Source: Eledone cirrhosa | Taxonomy: Eukaryota | Reading direction: 5' to 3' | Length of the DNA: 64,000 bases | NCBI GenBank assembly: GCA_964016885.1 | Contig: OZ024740.1 | Coordinates: forward strand, 107,446,001 to 107,510,000 | In this document: piece by piece, positions 1 through 12,400 of the stretch | How the letters are laid out: the number at the start of each line of letters is the position of its first letter | Position numbering within the stretch: the stretch's first letter is position 1 | Notes under the pieces: model-generated | The model's input: only the letters and a program-made list of their open reading frames with translations | Databases searched by the model: none | What the model was told of the DNA's origin: nothing | Made by a program: the position numbers and the translations under genes

Positions 1-348
1 TGGACTGGAGCAACATAAAATGAAGCATCTTGCTGAAGGTCACAACCCATCGCTTGGTTCAGGAATCAAATCCTTGACTTTATAATTGTGAGTCCAACAC
101 CCCAACCTCTAGGCCATGCACCTTTAATTGGTGGTTATATTTCATAGACACCGAGGTAGATTTGGGCTGGTTGGTTAATATTTTGTGGGTGGTGGTTTTT
201 TTGATAGCAGATCAAATGTTTTTATAATGTGTCTAATAATGTGTGAATCTGCTTCAGAAATTCGTTTTTTTTAAATTTCTACATGAAACTCAGCCAGTTT
301 TACTATTGTTTACTAAAGTCTAAATTCTGTTGATCCTTTTTGCTTCAG

Positions 349-429
349 ATCTTTGCTGCCAAATTTTCCGAAGATCAACTTTGGTACCGGTGTATTATCA
401 GAGAACAGCAACAACTTTTGTCTAGCAAG
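349..429 (+). CDS. STK31: STK31-like exon (Tudor: IFAAKFSEDQLWYRCIIREQQQLLSSK)
   Basis: ttcag|ATC ... AAG|gtaaat; 81 nt; Tudor aromatic-cage residues. Confidence 0.9.
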
Positions 430-3400
430 GTAAATGGATCTTTTTGAAGGTCACCATCATCATCATCATCATTTAACATCCACTTTCCGTTAGCAAAGGT
501 TGGATAGGTTGTCAACTGACCAGCTTGGTACTGAAACAGAATTACTGATCCCTCAGATAAGCTGAGAGGCTGCATTTGGCTTACATACAATCCTATGCTC
601 CACTAAGTACATATTATTGTGGCACCAAGACTAGAGAGATTATCATGTCTTTGACACAACTGAAGAGTCCTCCTGATCCCTGTCTTGTGTTAGTAAAATA
701 ATTGTTTCTACTTTTTGACACAAGGCCAGCAATTACCCAGTGCATTACTGGTACTTTATTTTATCGACCCCGTAAGGATGAAAGGCAAAGTTAACCTCGG
801 CGGGATTTGAACTCAGAATGGCAAAGCAGTAACTCTATGCGTCAAAGCATGGCATCCGACCCTCTACCGATACTGCCAATCCACCTTCTAAATTAAACTA
901 TTATCAAGGGCCATACATTTGTATGGGTGAGGGAATAGTTGATTTACCCACCCTCTTTGTAGATTTGATACTTATTTTATCGACTCTAGGAGATGATAAA
1001 AGTTGACTTCTATAACATTTGAATTGACAGCATGAAAGAAATATAACTAAATATGCCAAGATATTGTGGCCATTGCTTTACCAATACTGCTACTCACTAA
1101 CATTTGTATGTATTATGTTAATGAGATGGTGCCATTAACATAATGTATAATATGTGTTCTGTTAATAGATTTTTAGCTTGTTATGGCTCCATTAGTTTGA
1201 AAAATAATGTTGAATGTATAAAATAGGAAACTCTAATATTAATTGATTTTGAATCTGAAATAGGTTCCAACAAATTCTTTTGTGTACTTGCATACTTTGT
1301 AAAAGTAAAATCCATTACTGCTATTTTTTTGTTACTATTTTAGGTTCGCGTATCGTTTGTTGACTATGGAAATGAAGAAGAGACTTGTGTAAATAATCTT
1401 GTTGAGGTTCCTGCAAATATTTGTGAATTTAAACCATTTGCTCGCAAAGTCATCTTGAACCTGACAAAATCTAAAAAGTACATGGATGAGAAAGTAAGTC
1501 ATATTTTAATCACTAATTTATGATATTTAGTAATAAAATCATGAAATATTTGGTAGTTAGGTGTTTGATAAGATAAACATGGCTGAGTAAGTTACAAAGT
1601 TCCCTTTGCAATCATGAAGGCCTGGGCTTGATCTCACTGCATGGCATCTTAGACAAGTGTCAACCCAAGCATTATGAGTGAAATTGGGTAGACAAAATCT
1701 GTGTAGAAACTGGTTGGATGCATTGTACCTGTAATTCAAAAGTTATTATGCCATACTGATTCTGCCTGTAAATTACTTTACAGGTACATGTGTCTGTGGA
1801 ATACTCAATCAATTACATGTTAAATTCATGAGTCAGACACCCGGTTGATTGAACGACTGAATGCTCATTATCAAAACCAAGACAGGTTCCATCGTTTGGT
1901 ATTGAAATATTTGATAATGTAACCATGAGGTATTGTATATACTTGCGTATAAGTCACACCTCCACTTTGCATACAATAATGCACCATATATTTTTAATTG
2001 AGGTTTTGTAGGTTCAGTAGATAAGTCTCATTACTGTTTTTTCAAATTGTATTTTCTTGGAAAAAGCTGGGACTTATATACTAAATCTATACAGTATTTA
2101 GTTATGAGATAGCTGTCAATTAATTGTCATTCAATATAACCATAAGAACTCAATTGTTAAGTTTTTTTCTTTATTTTGTTTTTATTTTCTATTTTTAACT
2201 TTTTTTTAGGGATTGGCTTTTGTAAAGGAATTCACAAATGGAAAATTATTAAAATTGCATCCAGCCGGTCGTTTGTCCGATGGCACTGGAATATATGGGG
2301 AATTGTTCTATGAAGGCTTTAGTCTCAGTGATCTATTTGTCCAGGAGGGCTACATTGTTAAGAAGACACTTCCACAGAAAAACAACATGCAGAATTCACT
2401 TAGTTCGCCCAATATGATGCCATTAAATTGCTCCCATCAGTCATCACGTCCTTCGTCCAGTTTGGGTAACCACACACCTAGTCTCTTACCAACTCCAGGT
2501 AGTAGCAGTAGTAGTCTGGAGCAGGTTAATTATGTCAACAAAAATACATTGACACAGTAAGTATTACTATTGTTGCTACTACCAACTCTACTTCTACTAT
2601 TTCTACCATCACCTGCATAGCTTGTGAGGGAGGCTATCTGTATTATAGAGGACAGGTCTGAGAGAGCCACCACAAACAGTAGTCACCTCAACATGGTTCC
2701 CTGGAGCATACCACTTGTTATTGATGTTTCTTTTGAGGGGGCCCCATAGACTGCAATAGTCTGGCTTCTGTCTTTTAAGAAGTTATGAAGTCATTCACCT
2801 AGTTTTCCAACTATGCCAGAGCTACGTAGTTTGTGATATATCAATCTATGATCAACCTTGCAAAGTCAAGATATATCACAATCATGTTCAAACAGTCTAG
2901 CAACTGTTTCAGTACCCAATCATAATGCTGTAAAAGCGGCATAAGGCAACTTCTACCCAGGTGAAAGCCATGCTGGGTGTCAGTTAGAAGACCATTCTCT
3001 TCTAGGAAAGTGATCAATTTCCTTCTGACAATTCGATCCATGACTTTGCTGATATGTGAGGTCAGGGATACAGGTGTGTAGTTCTTAGCAAATGCTCAGC
3101 TTCCTCCATTATGAATAGGACATATGCCTTTTTGGTTTCCAGGCTGTTCACCACTTGCAAGGGAGATTTGAAAGATAATCTGCGGTGGTTTTGCTAAGGT
3201 TCATTTACATGTTTTTAGGAGGATTGCTGTTATTTTCCAAATTATATTTTTACTTTTAAAAATATTTTGTATCTCTATGTATTGAGATAGCTTAGACAAA
3301 CAATTGTGTGTTCTTTATAAAACAGTTCCTATTCCTACCATGTGCTCCTCTAGTGACCTGCAAGACCCTATTCCTATGTGTTCCCCTAGTGACCTGCAAG

Positions 3401-6400
3401 ACCCTATTCCTACCATGTGTTTCTCTAATGGCCTGCAAGACCCAGTTCCTAGTCTTACCATGTGCTCCTCTAATGACCTGCAAGACCTTATTTCTATTCT
3501 TACCATGTGTTCTTCTAGTGACCTGCGAGACCCTATTTCTAAATTACATGGCTGGGCTTCAGATGGAAAAAGCACATTAGTCCAACTACAATCTGAACTA
3601 GCATCAACAAAACAAGAACTTGCACAGATAAGACAAGAAAAAGATGCCCTTCTGTTAGAACTTAACAATACACAAAGTAAACTTAAGGTATGCTGTTATT
3701 TATTTATTTATTGATGTTTCTTATTTTTTAATAATATTGTTTTTATCATATTTAAGTATTTGGCTGCAATCCTTGGGAGTGGACAGGCTCACTTGTCCTT
3801 ATCCACCCCCCTAAAGTTCTCGTGTCTGGTTCCAAATGCTGCATCCTGGTAAACTATTTCAGACTGCTTCAGCAGGCAGGTTAAATGACGAGGAGTGGGT
3901 GATGTTGACACATCATCACTGGGTGGTTGGATTTCTGTCTTTAGATCCAACAGCTAAGGAGGACGTGTTTCCTAGAAGAAACTCAAAGGCCACATGTCAA
4001 TGGCCAGAGTAAACCACTTTGTTAAAGGATATTGGTCATGGTCATGAGAGGATTTGTTTCCAAAAAGAAAATCAATGGCCACATGTCCATGACCAGAGTG
4101 GACCACCTAGTTGAAGGATATTAGCTGTGGTCAAGAGAGGGATGGGCTCCTTCAAGCTGTATTTGCCCAATATATATTGCATAATGCAATGCCCCAATGA
4201 CCCTCAAGGGTCAAGTAAAAAGTGTAATGAAGTTGATTGTGACTTGATTTATTACTGCTGGCCATTGAAACTATTATTCCACATCTTTTTGTCGCCCACG
4301 GTTTGTTATTAGAAATAAGTGATTATGTATGTGTCAGTTTATAATCACTATTATAATGTGTATTAGGAAAAAATTCTTAACTCTGAATGGAGTTGTAGGG
4401 ACACTATTGTGATACACAATGTTTATTGGGCATTTTAAACCTGGTGTAGTCCATCCCTCTTCTTGTTGGGGGACAGTTGATTTCTTCCATAGAAAGAGAG
4501 AGAGAAAGAAAGGGATTATGAAAGATAGAGGAAGAATTGACCCCAGTACAACACTGGTACTTTATTTATCAACCTCAAAAGGATGAAAGGCAAAGTTAAC
4601 CGTGGCAGGATTTGAACTAAGAGTGTATACTGAGCTGTATCAAATACCTAGGTATTTAATTCAGTGCCCTGACAACTTTGCCAATTTGCTGCCTTATAAT
4701 GCTTATACTGTCATCTTTATAATCATTACATTCTGAGTTGAAATCCTGCTGAGTTTAGCTTTGCCTTTCATCCTTATGGGGGTCGATAAAATAAAATAAA
4801 CAAGTAATGCACTGAGGTCGATTTAATTTACTTTCCTCTTCCTCAAAATTGTTGACCGTTGTCTAAATGAGAAACCATTATTTTGGCAGTATCAGTAGAG
4901 GGTCGGACGCCATGCTTTGACGCATAGAGTTACGGCCCTTGCCATTCTGAGTTCAAATCCCGCCACCTTTCATCCTTATGGGGTCGATAAAATAAAGTAC
5001 CAGTAATACACTGGGTAATTGCTGGCCTTGTGCCTAAATCAGAAACCATTATTATTCATGGTTTGAGAAACGTATTAAAAGTTTCCTCTCTTAGAACAAG
5101 AATTAAGTACTCCTTGGAGATTATGTACAGAAGATTTTTCAATGTTAATGAAGACGTTCAAGGTTCATAACTGGTGTGAGAATCTCTAACAATGTTTATA
5201 GATCATAATATTACTATGTTCTGCCATGTAAACATTATAAGCATGATAGTATAAACATCATAATAATTGTTTCTACTTTAGGCACAAGGCCAGCAATTAC
5301 CCAGTACATTACTGGTACTTTATTTTATCGACCCCCGTAAGGATGAAAGGCAAAGTTAACCTCGGTGGGATTTGAACTCCAACCGTAAAGGGACGTAACT
5401 ATGCTAGAAAGCATGGCGTCCAACCCTCTACCGAAACTGCCAATTCACCGCCCTAGACATCATAATAATGATTTCTGGTTTAGGCAAACGGCCAACAATT
5501 TCCTCCTAACTCCTCTGCACTATTATAATGTTATTATTGTGTTTATATTAATAATAATAATAATATATAAGGCAGTGGATTCGCAGTATCGGTAGAGGGT
5601 TGGACGCCATGCTTTGCAGCATAGAGTTATGACCCTTTACGTTCCGAGTTCAAATCCCACCAAGGTTAACTTTGCCTTTCATCCTTATGGGGTCGATAAA
5701 ATAAAGTACCAGTAATGCACTGGGTAATTGCTGGCCTTGTGCCAAAAGTAGAAACATTTATGTTTATAATTAGTATTGTTCTCCATAAGAAGGTAGGGAA
5801 GAGCTGTAAAAATTGTTACAAATGCTGAACTACAAAAATTCTGTTTTGTACATTTCTGATATTAAATCGTGTGGAGTTTGATGTTGCTCCTTCATTCCTC
5901 CTGGTTCAATAATTAGCCATCATGTGCAGAGGAGTTAGGAAGAAATTGATTTTATTTTTAATTTTTTTAATTTTAGTTTTTACAATGACTTTGTCAGTGG
6001 AGATTAGTAGCAGCTGTGACTCTTTTCTGTGCTTCCATGACTTGTGGGTGGAAGGGAGGAAGTTATCTACTGCCCAAAACTAAATGTTTGTACCATAGTG
6101 GACATTGCTAAAAGCATGCAAAGACCAGATGATGGTTTTAAATGAGGAAACATTAAATCTACCACCCAATATCCGAAACAGTCACCCCAACAATTTTCTA
6201 CACAGTTTTTTTTCTATCAAATTTTTACTTATAGAGCTTTAGTTTACCCAAGGTACTATACTGTAGGTTCAAACAATTTTCTTACATGCAAATTTGTGGC
6301 CTTGAGTCAATGTAAGAAGTTCTTATGATCAATTATAGGATACTTGATTGAGAGCTTGTTTGATGGTTGATGTGTTCACATACTACGACCTTCATCATCG

Positions 6401-9400
6401 TAATCATCATCATTTGACGTCCGTTTTCCCTACTATCAAAGGTTGAACAGGTCTTCACAAACTAAATCAGTACTCAAGTGGATTTAACATCCTCTTAGTT
6501 GGCATGGGGCCTCCATCTCACTTACGTACATTCCTACACACTACAGAGTGCACAGGGAGCATTTTATTGTGGCTTCAGTACTAGGGAAGTTGTCGTGTAT
6601 ATGACACAGCTGAGGGATCCTCCCAACTTTTTGTTTGGTAGTCCAAGTTGGCACAATGGCCGTAAGGTATTATATGTATGTGTGATGTATACACACTCAC
6701 TCACACACACGTGTGGGATTTTGAACACCAATCAGGCTATTAATTAGGTCTATATAAACAGTAGACCCAAAAGACTAATCACTAAATGTGTGACCTAGTG
6801 GACTCATGATTAAAGGTCTTGGGTTTGGTTTCTGGACTGGGTGGTACATTGTATTCTTAAGACATTTCATTTCATGATAAGACTGGGACATCAGAGAAAC
6901 CTATGATATGCAACTTTATAGGAGGCCAGCTAAACAGTTGCAGCAACATATGTATATATCTACTAACTCACTCATCACTCTCCTCTTCTCTTTCTTTCTC
7001 ATATATACACCACTGTCTATCTAATTTGCTTTCTCACACATCTTGACCACTCTCTCTTTCTCTCTCTCTCTCACACATATCACACTCTCTCTCTCTTGTA
7101 CCACTGTCTATCTATTTTGCTCTCTCATAGAGGCACATGGCTTAGTGGTTAGAGCATTGTCCTTGCAATCGAAAGGTTGTGAGTTCAATTCTCAGACCGG
7201 GTGATGTGTTGTTTCCTTGAGCAAGACACTTTATTTCACATTGCTCCAGTTTACACAGCTGTAGAAATGAGATGATAGGGACTGGGGTCCCTATCATTCC
7301 ACTGCAAAGTGGTCGTGGAGGTGCCACGGCAAAAAAGCACCCAGCACTCACTGTAAATGAGGTTGGTGTTAGGAAGGGCATCCAGCTGTAGAAATCAAGC
7401 CAGAATCAGTTCCCGTCCCACCCTTGCAAGCAGGGAAAAGTGGACGTAAAATGAAATGATACATATCACTCTCTCTATGTTTAACCTTCCTTTATATACA
7501 AAAAAAATCAAAACCATTTCTTAAGTATATTCAGCTTTTAGAAATAAAATTTGATTATTTTCCTTTATTCATCCATAATTTTTTTTGTTTCTCTACACAG
7601 AATCTTCAAGCAGAATACAACAACAAACTTTCTGAAAATTCCTATCACGAACTTGTGAGTAATTAATAGTTTATTTTTGTTTAATTAAATGAGTCAGGAT
7701 AAAAGATGTGATTGCTGTTAAACTTTGAATGACATCTTTGACTGTCAGATTGGCATAGCTGATGCTCTGAACATCAACAGAGCTCAAGAAGGATCTGGAG
7801 TCTGCTCTGAATCTTTGTAAGAGAATGAACACACTAAAGACATCCAATGATAAGACGGAGTGTTGTTAGATGTCTTTTTGCATAGGAATATACAATTTAG
7901 GTTAACCAAAGATAAATGTTAGGTGAAGAAAGCAGCTTCTCAATTGAACCTATCTCGTATACTTTAACCCTTTTATTGCTAAACCACCTGAAACTGTCTA
8001 TGGTTATACAATATAAAAGTGTTTTAAAGTGTTTATATTTGAAAACCTTCCATCATAACGCTATCTAAAAATCTTGGTTAAAAAAAGCAACTTAATAATG
8101 AGAAAGTTATATTAATAAATCCCTCCAAATTCTTGACTATTTAAAATAATTGGAAATTATAGGCAATCTAGAATTTGAAGAGACTTAGTAATATCACTAA
8201 TTTTCTGGTATTACATAGAATTGTAATGGAAGGTTTTTAGATAAATATACATACTTTGACCCTTTTGTTACCAAACTGTTTGCAATACAAAGCTGTTTAT
8301 TTTAAAGAGTATATTTATCTAAAAACCTTCCATTATATGTTTATGCGGTGGATTGGCAGTATCGGTAGAGGGTCGGACGCCATGCTTTGACACATAGTTA
8401 CGTCCGTTTACGATCTGAGTTCAAATCCCGCCGAGGTTGACTTTGCCTTTCATCCTTACGGGGTCGATAAAATAAAGTACCAGTAATGCACTGGGTAATT
8501 GCTGGCCTTGTGCCTAAAGTAGAAACAATTATATGTTTATGCAAGGCAGTGAATTGGCAGTATCGGTAGAGAGTCAGACATGCTTTCCAGCACAGTTACG
8601 TCCCTTTACGATCTGAGTTCAAATCCCGCCGAGGTTAACTTTGCCTTTCATCCTTACGAGGTCGATAAAATAAAGTACCTGTAATGTACTGGGTAATTGC
8701 TGGCCTTGTGCCAAAAGTAGAAACAATTATATGTTTATGCAAGAAACTTTGTTAAACTATTTTCCAAACACTAGCTTATTAGTGACAAAGTTAATTATTT
8801 TACTAAATACCCTGAAATTCTCAACTATGATTTGGAAATCATAAGCAGTGTCTTTCATTAGAAAAATGGTAAAGAAAAAGTTAAAACAGTTTTGCATTGT
8901 AGAACCAGCTGTGTTTGTAGGCAGTTTAGTATCATATAATGGTTAAAGTTGATTTCATATGAGAAATTCTTCATTAGTCTCAATGTAAATTAAAATTCCT
9001 GTTTAAATGAAATGGTTTGTTTTCAGACTCTTCTAAACTATCTGTAATCTCTACCATAGATGTCACCATTACATCTAACATATAAGCTTATATGAGGGTC
9101 GGCTGAAAAGTTCGTAGGCTAACCAAGATACTCTCATGGAATGTCCAAATGAGGTTTATTTTTCAACATAGTTCCTGGAAAGAAACAATGCAGTTATTAA
9201 TAAGAAGAGTTGAAATTAATTCATGGAATATTTCACAGCTCTAGCATCACTTGTTCTTAGGCTGACCAAGATACTTTCATGGAATGACCAAATGAGGTTT
9301 ATTTTTCAAAAGTCCCTGGAAAGAAATAATGCAGTTATTAATAATTGTTTCTACTTTAGGCACAAGGCCTAAAAGTGTTGATTAAATCGACCGCAGTACA

Positions 9401-12400
9401 CTACTAGTGCTTAATTTTTCAACCCTGTAAAGATGAAAGGCAAAGCTAACCTTATTAATAATAAGAATTGAAATTAATGCAAGATTTCACAGCTCTAGCA
9501 TCATTCCTTCATAGTCAGCCTATGAACTTTCCAGCTGACCCTCGTAGAATAATAAAACAGTATATTTCACTATCTAGCAGAAGTTAATTCATTTCACTGC
9601 TGTCCAGAAATAGATCATTGAAAATTTCTGAGATATTGACTATTTTGTAATAATGGTTTCTGATTTAGGCACAAGGCCAACAATTTTTGGGGAGGTGAAA
9701 GTCAATTAAATCGACCAGGTGCATTACTGGTACTCTATTTTATCGACCCTGTAAGGATGAAAGGCAAAGCTAACCATGACGGAATTTGGACTCAAAACAT
9801 AAAGGGCCTTAACTCTATGCCACTAAGCATGTTGTTTGATCCTCTACTGATACTGTCAATCCCCCACTCTAATAATAATTTCTGATTTAGGCACAAGGCC
9901 AGCAATTTTGTGGGGGAAGACAGTCGATTAAATGAACCCCAGCATGCTACTGGTGCTTTATTTTATCAAACCCCATAATAATAATAATAATAATAATTGT
10001 TTCTACTTTTGGCACAAGGCCAGCAAAATACCCAGTGCATTACTGGTACTTTATTTTATCGACCCCCGTAACGATGAAAGGCAAAGTTAACCTCGGAGGA
10101 ATTTGAACTCAGAACTTAAAGGGCCATAACTCTGTGCTGTAAAGCATGGTGTCTGACGCTCTACCGAATAATATGTATACTACTGTTGTTACCATCATCA
10201 GTGTTTATGACCATGTGTCTATACCAATGTAGACTGATAGGATGTACAGTGTAGTATAGTTTATCACTGGGTGTCCTTCCTATTTCATTCCTTAAGAAAC
10301 TAAACTAATTTTCTGTTTTGCTTTCTGTTTATTCACTATTTTATATATTTATTTGAATTGCTATTAATAATAATAATAATATAATTCCTTTTTCTAATTC
10401 CAGACCAAAACTATAATAACACTTACTGAGAAAGTAAGAAAGTTGAGGTAAGTAATAATATATCATCATTACCGTTTAATGTCCATTTTCCATGCTAGCA
10501 TGGGTTAGACGGGTTGTCCTATTTGAGGCAAGTTGAGGTCAGATGACCATGTCTTGTTCATATAGAACCGATTTTGGCTTGGTTTCTACATCTGGATGCC
10601 CACATTTACAGGGTGGACTGGGTGCATTTTGTCGTGACACCTACATGGCCACTTTACAGTGTGGGCTGGGTGCTTATTGTCGTGACACCTACACGACCAC
10701 TTTACAGTGTGGGCTGGGTGTTTTTTGTTGTATCGCCATCACGACCACTTTACAGTGTGGGCTGGGGGTTTTGGTGGGAAGGATGTATGAAGATTAGTCT
10801 CCAAATGCATTTTTCAGTGTTCAAAATTGGTGAAATGTTAATTGGCATCAGATAAAGCAAATTTATTTTTTACGCAATCTTTCTTGACGGTTGACAAGAA
10901 AGATTGTGTAAAAAAAAAAATTTTGCTTTGGAAACTTTCAGTTAAAAAGAAAAATCTGCTGTCTCGCTAATTACTATAATGTAATTACTGTTTATACTTG
11001 TGTGAAAGTCGACCCCGATTTTCTGCCCCAAAATTTGAATGTTTCTATATACTTCCTGTAAAAGTCAACCATAGTACTTAATGGACAACAGGTCAACATT
11101 TGTGAATCATCATTGTTTAACATCCATTTTCCATGCTAGCATGGGTAGGACGGGCTGTCCCTTTGTGAGAGATCAGGTTGGAAGACCGTGTTACTCTCAC
11201 ACAAAAATGATTTTGGCTTGGTTTCTACAGCTGGATGCCCTTCCTAACACCAACCACATTTACAATGTGGACTGGGCAGTTTGTGTCGTGATTTCTACAT
11301 GGCCACTTTACAATGTGGACTGGGCGCTTTTTATCGTGACTCCTACACGACTACTTTACTGTGTGGGCTGGGAGCTTTTTGTCGTGGCACCTCGTGAAGG
11401 TATTAACCTGAACATAAAATGTTTTGATAAGGAAATAATTTTACTATACTATTATGCCCTGATGTATACAAGTGGAAATATTTATAAGAGCTACATGGCC
11501 TTATTTATGTGTTTTGGTTGTGTGAAGTGTGTTTTGATACATAGAAATATCTATGTTACTGTATTTCATTGTTTTCATCATCATCATCACAGTTTTACGT
11601 CCGTTCTTCCACGCTAGCATGGGTTAGACGGGTTGTCCTGTTGTGGGTAGTGTCTGGTCGGCTGACCATGCCTTGCTCATACAGGAACTGATTTGGCTTG
11701 ATTTCTACAGCTGGATGCCCTTCCTAACACCAACCTCATTTACAGTGAGTGCTGGGTGCTTTTTCGTGGCGCCTACACGTCCACTTTACAGTGTGGGCTG
11801 GGTGCTTTTTTGCCGTGGCACCTCCACGACCACCTTGCAGTGGGAGGTGGTGGGGGCATATTGTCTATATGCTTCAGCTTGTACCCATGGGAGGTCGGGT
11901 ACTCTGTATTACTGCGTGACGCCAGAGGTCACGGACATGTGTCATCGCCTTTGAGAGGTGTAATTGGGTAAGGTCGGCTTTTATCACCTCATCCCAGGTC
12001 ATCTTGGGTCTCCCCACTCCGCGGTTTCCATCGACTTCTAGTGCTCTGCACCTTTTTATGCAGCTGTCATCCTTCATATGCATCACATGCCCATACCAAC
12101 GCAACAGCCTCTCCTGCACACAGCATTTGATTCCTCTTATGCTCAGTCTCTCTCTCAATTCATTTATGCTTTGTCGTTCACGTATATTACTATTACACAT
12201 CTATCGGAGCATGCAGGCTTCGTTTCTCTCTAATCTACGTAAGTCTTCCACCTTCAGCGCCCAGGTCTCACTACCATGTAACATTGCTGTTCGGATACAT
12301 GCATCATACAGTCTGCCTTTCATTTTGAGGGAGAAGCCTTTTGCAGCTATCAGTGGTAGTAGCTCCCTGAACTTCTTCCATCCCGTTCTTACCCTAATTA

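Noticed and set aside
7130-7205. tRNA gene
   Set aside because: tRNA-like head runs directly into a SINE core and RTE tail; acceptor stem not intact
7750-7870. Possible extra exon (ELKKDLESALNLCKRMN...)
   Set aside because: Helical-looking but no convincing phase-compatible splice pair; flanking exons already join in frame
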